From: Fimbriimonadales bacterium
GTDB lineage: Bacteria > Armatimonadota > Fimbriimonadia > Fimbriimonadales > ATM1
Assembly (NCBI GenBank): GCA_051003155.1
Contig: JBPCLO010000011.1
Span: 32,001 to 96,000, forward strand
Reading direction: 5' to 3'
DNA: 64,000 nt
Below the pieces are notes generated by a model that saw only the letters and a list, made by a program, of their open reading frames with translations, was not told where the DNA came from and did not search any database. The translations under genes were made by a program, and so were the position numbers. Each line of letters opens with the position of its first letter. Within the stretch, counting starts at the first letter, position 1. Below are positions 56,756 through 64,000 of the stretch, in pieces.

Positions 56756-57934
56756 CTACCCTTCGAAGCGGAACTTGACCGCCCCAAATTGCACAGTATC
56801 GCCAGAATGAAGCTCAGTTTCGGCATCCACACGCTGGCCGTTCACGAACGTCCCGTTTGCGCTACCGGCGTCTCTAATGAAAACCGCATCTCCGCGCCTC
56901 TCGATTTCGGCGTGCTTCCGGCTCACGGTCGGGTCGGCAACCTGAAGCTCCGCCTCGCGCCCGAGGACCGAAAGTCCGTCGGCAATCTCAAACGTGACAT
57001 TGCCGATAAGCCTCGGCGAAGGCGACAAGACGGTGGCCGGCGTGGAGCTGATTTTGCAAGCGCACGAGCCATCCTCCGCGAAGGCTTGTCCGCAGTATTG
57101 GCAGTGCCCGTCGGGGACTAGAGGCGCCGCTTCGAACGGCTCGGCCGCAGCCTCGTCGTGGGGGGTAGCCGTTCCAGGAATCTGAACACCCAACTTCTGC
57201 AAGCCGCCGGCTACGGTTTCCTCATTCGATCGTACCGCCCTGAGAATAAAGTACAGTGCGCCCGCGCCGATCCCAAGCGCAACGAGCCAAGCAATCCCGG
57301 TGACGAAGGGCGAGCGTTCCGCTTCCGGCTTCGGCGCTGCAGCGACGTCCTTATCGATCGAGTCGCGAATCGTAATGGCGAACGTCGGCACGAGCTCGTC
57401 GCGCGTGGCCGGCATTCGAAACACCTGAGCAGGCGACGCCTTGTCGGCTCCACCTGATACGTATTTTACGACGAACTGCACATCCCCGAACGGCACCGCG
57501 AAAAAGGTTGCCGCCCCGCTTTCGACGGGCTGCGTCCGGCTGTAGTCACCCTTGCTCCCTTGCACGGTGCCTTTCGGGATCGGCTCGCCCCGCGAGAAGA
57601 CTTCGATACGAACCTGGCCGATGCGCCACTCATCTTTTTCGACCACCCATACTCCGTTCTCGATAAGGGCGACCTTCTTTGTGGCGACCATACCGCTCTT
57701 GGGAATGTAGGCGACGATCACGCCGGACTCGTTCTCCTTGGAAATCGGTACGGCTATCTCCTCCGTGGTGAAAGCCCTTCCCCCGGTAGGCATGGCCTTT
57801 GGCATTTCCGCCAGCACCCATACCTCGCGTTCCATCTTTCCCTCGAATCGAACCTTGACATCGGCGCCAACAGCTGGGCCGAACGCTAAAGCAACCAATA
57901 GGAGGCTAAGGATCTTCGAGGTCTTCGATTTCAT
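56756..57934 (-). CDS. Membrane-anchored protein with extracytoplasmic domain, Cys motif and C-terminal FHA domain
   Basis: Signal peptide, TM helix, CQYCG...CAC, LGRE..VSRKHA..DAGSANGTFVNG. Confidence 0.85.
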   Translation of the reverse strand: MKSKTSKILSLLLVALAFGPAVGADVKVRFEGKMEREVWVLAEMPKAMPTGGRAFTTEEIAVPISKENESGVIVAYIPKSGMVATKKVALIENGVWVVEKDEWRIGQVRIEVFSRGEPIPKGTVQGSKGDYSRTQPVESGAATFFAVPFGDVQFVVKYVSGGADKASPAQVFRMPATRDELVPTFAITIRDSIDKDVAAAPKPEAERSPFVTGIAWLVALGIGAGALYFILRAVRSNEETVAGGLQKLGVQIPGTATPHDEAAAEPFEAAPLVPDGHCQYCGQAFAEDGSCACKISSTPATVLSPSPRLIGNVTFEIADGLSVLGREAELQVADPTVSRKHAEIERRGDAVFIRDAGSANGTFVNGQRVDAETELHSGDTVQFGAVKFRFEG

Positions 57935-59510
57935 CCTCGTCCTTCCACTCATCCGACTCGCCGAGCGTACGCCCGAGAAGCCCCGCTTCGATATTTGCCT
58001 TGGCACTAGGCAAAGTATCGGCGACCTCGGTCGCCAGATACCCGACTTCGTCGCCGATCCTTTCCACCAGCAGATCGGCAGCGGCGCCATGCCAAAATGC
58101 GCCCAGGGCCGCGGCGGCCTGCGCCGGTATGCCGCCTGCAAGAAGCGCGGAAACCACACCCGTCAGAACGTCCCCGGTTCCCGCAGAAGCTAGGCCGGGA
58201 TTGCCGGTCGGGTTAATCGCGACATCGAAGTTCGGCGATACGATGACCGTGTAGGCCCCTTTGAGCAGAACGGTCTGGCCGAACATTTCGGCGATCCTGC
58301 GAGCAGCGCCTACCCTGTCTCTGCGCACTGATACGACTTCCGTTTTGAGGAGCCGTGCGGCCTCGCCTTCGTGCGGGGTCATGATCGCCGGGCCGCGCGG
58401 TGCGACGTCGAGCTCCGATAGCCAGAACAGCGCGTCCGCATCCAAAACCCACTTCGATTCGATCTCGGTCCAAAGTTGGCGAAGCAACTCCCCAACAACC
58501 GGCGATCGGCCGAGGCCCGGTCCGATCGCGATGACGTCAGATTGGCTGGCGGCCTCCTTGATCATTCCGACCCCATCCGGGGAAACAAACCCTTCGGTCT
58601 GTCCAAGGCGAAGCACAGGGCATTCAGCAAGGTGCGAGCGTACGCCTTCGATCACAAAGTCGGTGCCTGCGGCCATTACAAGACCTGCGCCCGCGCGCAT
58701 CGCCCCACGGGCCGCGAGGGCAGCTGCACCGGGATAGCGATTGCTGCCTGCGATGGACAGAACCACTCCGGTGTTGTGCTTATGCGAGTCGAGCGTGCGC
58801 ACCGGAAATGTGCCCGATGCCCACCAGTGGTCGAGCAGAAACGCGTTCCCCGCTTCTACGGCGAGTTCATCCGGCAGGCCGATGTCCTCGACCTGCCACT
58901 CCCCGGCAGCAGACATGCCTTCATTCTGGAAGAGGAAGGGCTTGGGCAGGCCGAAAGATACCGTCAGGTTGGCGCTGACGTAGCTGCCTTCCGCCAATCC
59001 TGTATCGGCATCGATGCCCGTGGGGACATCCGCCGCGACGATAAGAGCCATCGCGTTGTTTGTGGCTTCCACCAAGCGCAAGATCTCTCCTCTCGGAGCG
59101 CCTTTGGCGCCTGTGCCGAGGATCGCGTCCACGATGATGTCGAAGTCGTCGATCCGGCCGAGTGCGCGGTCATAGTTCTTTGTGCCCACTGTGAACAGGC
59201 GGACCTCACTCTCGACCAGCCGACGGTATTGAATCAGCGGGTCCCCGGCGAGCAATCCGGGTTCGGTCGCGAGGAGAGCCGTCACGTTATGGCCCTCCTG
59301 ATCGAGAATCCTCGCGGCAGCCAGACCGTCACCGCCGTTGTTTCCGGGCCCGCAGAGGATCAGTATCTCCGTGTTTTCAAGCGATACGCGCGAGACCGCG
59401 TGCGCAAGCATCACCCCCGCCCGCTCCATCATGAATAGGCTCTCGACCCCGAATTCGGAACTTGCCTCGCGTTCGATCTCGCGCATCTGATCGGCTGTGA
59501 CGATTCTCAA
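57906..59510 (-). CDS. nnr: Bifunctional NAD(P)H-hydrate epimerase/dehydratase
   Basis: MERAG, CGPGNNGGDG, DVPTG, IGPGLG, LDADAL, TPHEGE, LLKGA, AGTGDVLTG. Confidence 0.93.
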   Translation of the reverse strand: MRIVTADQMREIEREASSEFGVESLFMMERAGVMLAHAVSRVSLENTEILILCGPGNNGGDGLAAARILDQEGHNVTALLATEPGLLAGDPLIQYRRLVESEVRLFTVGTKNYDRALGRIDDFDIIVDAILGTGAKGAPRGEILRLVEATNNAMALIVAADVPTGIDADTGLAEGSYVSANLTVSFGLPKPFLFQNEGMSAAGEWQVEDIGLPDELAVEAGNAFLLDHWWASGTFPVRTLDSHKHNTGVVLSIAGSNRYPGAAALAARGAMRAGAGLVMAAGTDFVIEGVRSHLAECPVLRLGQTEGFVSPDGVGMIKEAASQSDVIAIGPGLGRSPVVGELLRQLWTEIESKWVLDADALFWLSELDVAPRGPAIMTPHEGEAARLLKTEVVSVRRDRVGAARRIAEMFGQTVLLKGAYTVIVSPNFDVAINPTGNPGLASAGTGDVLTGVVSALLAGGIPAQAAAALGAFWHGAAADLLVERIGDEVGYLATEVADTLPSAKANIEAGLLGRTLGESDEWKDEDEIEDLEDP

Positions 59511-60034
59511 GCGGTCTTCTCCATCCGGATTCTGCCGCCACAGCCGACGTGCTTATAGAGCCGGTTTCGTTTTAGCGGGCGGGACCGCGGCAGCCGCACT
59601 CCGCAGGCCTCGCAACGAACTGCGTACGGTTTGGGCCTCAGTCGGCGAACGCAGTCGTAAGAGTGGGTCGCGCTCGCGGCAAGCCCCAATGCTCGCATCG
59701 CTGCGCGCCATTCCGGCCCGTGAGGACGAGCTTTGTGGCCGTACCGCTCGAAGACCACAAGGTGCGCGTATTCATGGAGCAATGTTTCCCGGGCACGCTC
59801 AGGCGTCGTCAAGAGATTTGCGCTCAAGCAGATTGCAGATTCCCGCAAATACGCCCGTCCCGCCGTCACAGGATAGTTCCTCCACCGAACATCGACTTCG
59901 CGTTGCAACGGGCAGATCACCGCCGCTTCCGCAAGTGCGCTGTGGACGCACGCGTCCATGTCAACACCCTGTTCTTTATCGAACGGAAGGGCAAGCTGAT
60001 AAACCTTCGCTCCAACTAATCCCTTAAAAAACAT
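59507..60034 (-). CDS. SprT-like zinc metalloprotease (start uncertain)
   Basis: TAGRA, TLLHEYAH, PHGPEWR, C-terminal CEACG...H..CGG. Confidence 0.85.
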   Translation of the reverse strand: MFFKGLVGAKVYQLALPFDKEQGVDMDACVHSALAEAAVICPLQREVDVRWRNYPVTAGRAYLRESAICLSANLLTTPERARETLLHEYAHLVVFERYGHKARPHGPEWRAAMRALGLAASATHSYDCVRRLRPKPYAVRCEACGVRLPRSRPLKRNRLYKHVGCGGRIRMEKTA

Positions 60035-60064
60035 CGGGCCCGCTTGCATTATGCACGCGGGCCC
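60026..60064 (-). terminator. Probable intrinsic terminator after htrA
   Basis: GGGCCCGCGTGCAT-A-ATGCAAGCGGGCCC hairpin followed by GATGTTTTTT on the minus strand. Confidence 0.6.
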
Positions 60065-60080
60065 AAAGATCAGGCGATCC

Positions 60081-61559
60081 TTAGAAGCGCAGCGGTACGC
60101 TCGAAACCTTCTTGCGGTTGGGGCCGATCTCGGCGAACGTGATATTCACCATGTCGCCGTGCTTGTACTCGCTGATCGCTTTCTTCAACGATTCCGGAGA
60201 GGTGATGCGGTCATTGCCCAATTGCGTGATGATGGATCCGACCGTGACACCGGCTTTTGCAGCAGGCGAACCCGGCTCCACGGAGACGACCACAACTCCC
60301 TGGCCTCCCGACACTCCAGGTTTCTCCTGCGCGTCGACGGCGCGGACATTGACGCCAAGGCGTACCGGCCCTGAGATCGGCTCTTCGTCAGCGCGGGGTA
60401 TCTCGCGAGGCGGCATCGGAACGCCGGGGAAGTCGTCGCCCAGTCCTGGAGGCATCTGCTGCCTCCGTTGGGCTACCGGAACCTCAGGGCGCTTGCTCGG
60501 TGTGACTTGGAACGTCTTCGTTGCTCCGCCCCGCACCGCGCGCACTTCAATCATCTTGCCCGGTGCGGTAAGGAGCATGGCCTCGCGGAGATCCTGCTCG
60601 CCGGAAATAGGCTTCTTGGCGATCTCGATCACGATGTCGCCCTCGTTCAAGCCAGCAACATCCGCGGGCGATTTCGGTTCGACGCGCCGAATGATCGCGC
60701 CCGATCTGATGCCGAGTTCCTCGACTTCGTAGCCCTTCAGGTCGGAAGGCTCGACGCCCAAGTATGAGCGGCTGATCACGCCATCTTTAAGAAGCTGATC
60801 GGCGATAATCTTTGCGGTATTCGAAGGGATTGCAAATCCGACGCCGCTGTTGTATCCGGTCATCGAGTTGATCGCGCTGTTGATGCCGATCACTTCGCCT
60901 TTGTAATTCAATAGCGGCCCGCCCGAGTTGCCGGGATTGATCGCCGCATCGGTCTGGATCATGTTGAAGTACCCCCGGACTCCGCTCCGCAGTTCGTTGT
61001 CCGGGACGAGGTTCTGCCGACCCAAAGCGCTGACATGTCCGAACGAGACCGATTCCGCCAGGCCGAACGGAGCGCCGATCGCCACAGCGATTTGGCCAGG
61101 CTTGACTGTGGAGCTGTCCGCGAACCTCGCCGCAGGTAGGCCGGTCCGGTTAATTTTAATTAGCGCGATATCGTTGAGCGAGTCGTCCGCGTCGCGAATG
61201 ACCGTACCCTTCTCCTCGCGGCCGCTGTGCAGGACCACGCTGACATCTTTCACGCCCGCAACGACGTGGGCGTTGGTCATGACGTAGCCGTCCGCGCGGA
61301 AGATAATTCCCGAGCCTTCACCCCGGCCGGTTCTTATGAGCACGACGGACGGCGCCACTTGCTCAACAAGTTTGGTGCCCGCAGCGTCAAGCGTCGCCAA
61401 CGCGCTCAATTCCTGCCCGCCCAGCGCGCTGATTTCCGTGTCGGCGAGAGCGGAGCGCTGCGTGTTGAGAAAGGCCACTGTGCCCGCTGTCCCCACCGCT
61501 GCTCCCGCTATCAGCGCCCAGCCGAACTGCGATCTGAGCAGTTTTCCAAATGCATTCAT
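60081..61559 (-). CDS. HtrA/DegP-family serine protease with two PDZ domains
   Basis: TNAHVV, DIALIK, IQTDAAINPGNSGGPL, two PDZ domains. Confidence 0.95.
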   Translation of the reverse strand: MNAFGKLLRSQFGWALIAGAAVGTAGTVAFLNTQRSALADTEISALGGQELSALATLDAAGTKLVEQVAPSVVLIRTGRGEGSGIIFRADGYVMTNAHVVAGVKDVSVVLHSGREEKGTVIRDADDSLNDIALIKINRTGLPAARFADSSTVKPGQIAVAIGAPFGLAESVSFGHVSALGRQNLVPDNELRSGVRGYFNMIQTDAAINPGNSGGPLLNYKGEVIGINSAINSMTGYNSGVGFAIPSNTAKIIADQLLKDGVISRSYLGVEPSDLKGYEVEELGIRSGAIIRRVEPKSPADVAGLNEGDIVIEIAKKPISGEQDLREAMLLTAPGKMIEVRAVRGGATKTFQVTPSKRPEVPVAQRRQQMPPGLGDDFPGVPMPPREIPRADEEPISGPVRLGVNVRAVDAQEKPGVSGGQGVVVVSVEPGSPAAKAGVTVGSIITQLGNDRITSPESLKKAISEYKHGDMVNITFAEIGPNRKKVSSVPLRF

Positions 61560-61588
61560 TCTAAATGTTCACCTCGATCTGTTTTAGC

Positions 61589-62821
61589 TTAACCGCGCCT
61601 GTCCGTAAATCGTTTCACACCGCGTTCGATGTCTCTTAGCTTTACGTTGAATTCGGCGGCAAGGTTAGCCGTGGTCTTGCCGTCTAAGACCATTAACCCC
61701 GCTTTTCTGGCCACTGAAGCCTTGCCTCTCGACGCTGCCAGGCAAGTTGCAACTTGATCGAAGCTAAGCCCGTCGCTTCGCAACTCGCTGACCAAAGCCT
61801 TCTCGACCTCGAACACCGAGGCAGCGTTGGAGGTCCAAGCAGTCTCGCGCTCCCGATCGCTCTTCTGAAATGCCGAGACGACAGAACGCATCCCTTCATC
61901 AGGCAGATCGCCATCGATAGCGATCCAAACATCGGAAACTCTCACGTTGACGAGGTCCTCCTGACCTCTCCAAGGTGGCCTTCCGGATCGCGTCCGGACT
62001 TGGTAGACAGTCATGTTCGCCGCGCCGTCCGTATATCGCAGCGCCGCCATCGTCCGAGATGCGCCGGTTATGGCGTCCGCGCCGATGAAAAGAAATCCGT
62101 ACGGCATCCCAAGAGGATTAATCGGAGTGAACCCAACCGCCTTCCCAAGAGCCAAAAGGTTTTCTTGCTTGGCAGGGGCGCGGACGCTGATCTCCTTGGG
62201 GCGTCCCACGAAGCGCTTCTCGAAGACATCCTTGGGCAACGATTTCGGAAACTGGATGCTCAGGGTGTTGCTGAGGACCTGCTTGGTGCCGCCGGGGCTG
62301 GTCCATTCGACTCGCAGCAGGACCGACTTGCTTTCGTCGATCCAATACCGCCTAGAAAAAAGAGCCTTCGAAGCTTTCGGGGCCAGCTTGATGCACGCGG
62401 CCTTCCTGCCGGCGACGGTCTGCTTGGCTTCCTCATTGATCGTGTAGTTACGGATGAGGAGCCGATGACGCCGGTCCGAGTCGCTTCTCGCCGCCATTTT
62501 GAGAGGCGAGTCCTGAATCGTAAGTTCGCTCTTGTCGGGATTATAGGAGACCCGCTGCTGGCAGTCGTCGATAATTGTGAAGCCTTGCTTCTGAATCGGA
62601 GCAAGGACGAGGACCTTGTTGGCTCCGGAACTTGACTGATCGCGGCGCACACGCACCGTGTCGTTGCTGCCCCAAGGCGTCCACTCCCGGATACACGTGT
62701 AAGTGGTTTTGGCGTCCTTTTCGATCGCTTGGCGGACCATCCGTTCCGCTCTTGTATCGGGGAACGAATTCGATAGGATAGGCGCGGCAAATAATAGCGT
62801 GAGCGCAAGTAGTCGGTTCAT
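61589..62821 (-). CDS. MucB/RseB-like periplasmic sigma-E regulator
   Basis: Signal peptide; NYTI...TVAGR...LAPK...RRYWIDE..VLLR; LRYTDG..MTVYQ; follows the anti-sigma gene. Confidence 0.75.
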   Translation of the reverse strand: MNRLLALTLLFAAPILSNSFPDTRAERMVRQAIEKDAKTTYTCIREWTPWGSNDTVRVRRDQSSSGANKVLVLAPIQKQGFTIIDDCQQRVSYNPDKSELTIQDSPLKMAARSDSDRRHRLLIRNYTINEEAKQTVAGRKAACIKLAPKASKALFSRRYWIDESKSVLLRVEWTSPGGTKQVLSNTLSIQFPKSLPKDVFEKRFVGRPKEISVRAPAKQENLLALGKAVGFTPINPLGMPYGFLFIGADAITGASRTMAALRYTDGAANMTVYQVRTRSGRPPWRGQEDLVNVRVSDVWIAIDGDLPDEGMRSVVSAFQKSDRERETAWTSNAASVFEVEKALVSELRSDGLSFDQVATCLAASRGKASVARKAGLMVLDGKTTANLAAEFNVKLRDIERGVKRFTDRRG

Positions 62822-62834
62822 CGAGGCCGCGACT

Positions 62835-63287
62835 CTAGTTGCCCTCAAGACCGGCGGGAAGAGTGTTTGCGGGGAACGCGCTCGCGGCGTTGTTCCAGTC
62901 CTGATCGAGGGCGATTTCCTGACCGGCAGTCAGGCTGTCTCGACCGGTATTCGAATCTGTGCGGAAATACAAAACACCGAAAGTGACGACCGCGGCCGCC
63001 GCCAAAGCGACGGCCATTCGCCAGGTGGGCCAAATAGGTATCGCCTCTTCTTGAGGGGTCGTTGGCTGGACGTTTCTAATGGCGGCCAGGAGTCGAGCTT
63101 CGAACTGCGGGTCGGGCAAGTGATCGGGCATGGACGAAACCAATTTTTTAAGCCTAAGACAGCAATCGTACGCCTTGGAGCATCGCCCACACGCCTGCAG
63201 ATGAGTCTTCACTGAGAGCATTTCGCTTCCGGTGAGTTCGCCATCCACATAGGGCGACATTCGGTTCAAGACATAAGTGCAGTTCAT
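62835..63287 (-). CDS. Zinc-binding anti-sigma factor (zf-HC2) with TM helix
   Basis: C...MSPYVDGEL...HLQACGRC; single TM. Confidence 0.9.
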   Translation of the reverse strand: MNCTYVLNRMSPYVDGELTGSEMLSVKTHLQACGRCSKAYDCCLRLKKLVSSMPDHLPDPQFEARLLAAIRNVQPTTPQEEAIPIWPTWRMAVALAAAAVVTFGVLYFRTDSNTGRDSLTAGQEIALDQDWNNAASAFPANTLPAGLEGN

Positions 63288-63901
63288 AGTTCGTCGAGGT
63301 GCGCGTACTTGTCGGGCCGCGCATTGATAAGGTGTGATCGGAGCTGCTTTCGGCCCCGATGGATACGCGATCTCACCGTGCCGATCGACGTCTTCATTAC
63401 TTCCGCAATTTCCTCGTAGGAGAACCCTTCGAGGTCCGCTAGCAGAACCGCGATGCGAAAGTCAGAAGTCATCTTGTTCAGCCCCTCCTGGACTTCGGCT
63501 TCCATCTGATCGGTCATGAGCAGCCGTTCGGGCGAAGCGGCATGGTCCGGAACATCCCACGTGGTGCCCGTCTCTGGATGCGGCTCATCGAGGCTGCTAA
63601 CTCTGAGCTTTCCGCGACGGCGCATTTCGTCGATGTGCGCGTTCGTCATGATGCGGTAGAGCCAACTCGTGAACGGCAGGGTGGGATCGTAGCGGTGGAA
63701 GAACCGAAACGCCCGGATGTAGGACTCTTGCACGAGATCCTCAGCGTCGGAGCGGTTCCCGGTGAGCCTGAGGGCCAAATGGTATGCCTGACGCTGCGTA
63801 AGCGAAAGCAAGTTCCCGAATTGCTCACGCTCCGCGCTCATGCTCCCAGACAGTAGTTCGGCGCTCGTTGCTGACACGTTGCAGTTCTCCTTGTTATCCA
63901 C
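63284..63901 (-). CDS. ECF RNA polymerase sigma factor (RpoE-like)
   Basis: DAEDLVQE..RAF, FTSWLYRI..N, SYEEIAEVM..GTVRSRIHRGR. Confidence 0.95.
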   Translation of the reverse strand: MDNKENCNVSATSAELLSGSMSAEREQFGNLLSLTQRQAYHLALRLTGNRSDAEDLVQESYIRAFRFFHRYDPTLPFTSWLYRIMTNAHIDEMRRRGKLRVSSLDEPHPETGTTWDVPDHAASPERLLMTDQMEAEVQEGLNKMTSDFRIAVLLADLEGFSYEEIAEVMKTSIGTVRSRIHRGRKQLRSHLINARPDKYAHLDEL

Positions 63902-64000
63902 GCTTACAGAAACCTAGCATATTATAGTTCCAAAAACGGCAAAACCCCGCAACGATGTGAAGGACATAGGGCGATTACGGGCGAACTCAAATTGGTTACC

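Noticed and set aside
63894..63902. TTATCCACG as a DnaA box
   Set aside because: Isolated, and explained by the sigma-factor start codons GTG GAT AAC
63905..63935. Autoregulatory ECF promoter GGAACT...TCTG upstream of the sigma gene
   Set aside because: Spacing is shorter than typical and a TATAAT overlaps it; cannot be distinguished by eye

Overview
GC-rich bacterial chromosome segment. It is probably Armatimonadota/Fimbriimonadia-like, inferred from the prepilin H-X9-DG protein, the ARC proteasome ATPase, the repeat-rich secreted proteins and the FHA/vWA genes. It is mostly housekeeping genes (valS, secE-nusG-rplK-rplA, recF-dciA-comEC, purEK, gap, iscS, nfo, cdsA, an rpoE-rseA-rseB-htrA cluster) and appears to contain the replication origin: a perfect parS at 16674 and DnaA boxes plus DnaA-trios at ~37982-38200, next to a divergent, truncated DnaA paralog. 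Most notable accessory features: (i) a four-helix-bundle gene inserted between rplK and rplA and flanked by inverted GACTGCC heptamer arrays that recur inside and after valS; (ii) two secreted proteins with different N-termini sharing a ~150-aa C-terminal domain; (iii) three tandem ankyrin (lipo)protein paralogs with a truncated RAYT transposase; (iv) a MerR-vWA/GspE-N fusion unit with a paired operator; (v) an FHA-FHA-vWA cluster with DPxxTQ repeats; (vi) many apparently leaderless genes; and (vii) several decayed gene fragments. All calls were made by eye from motifs; no database searches were run.
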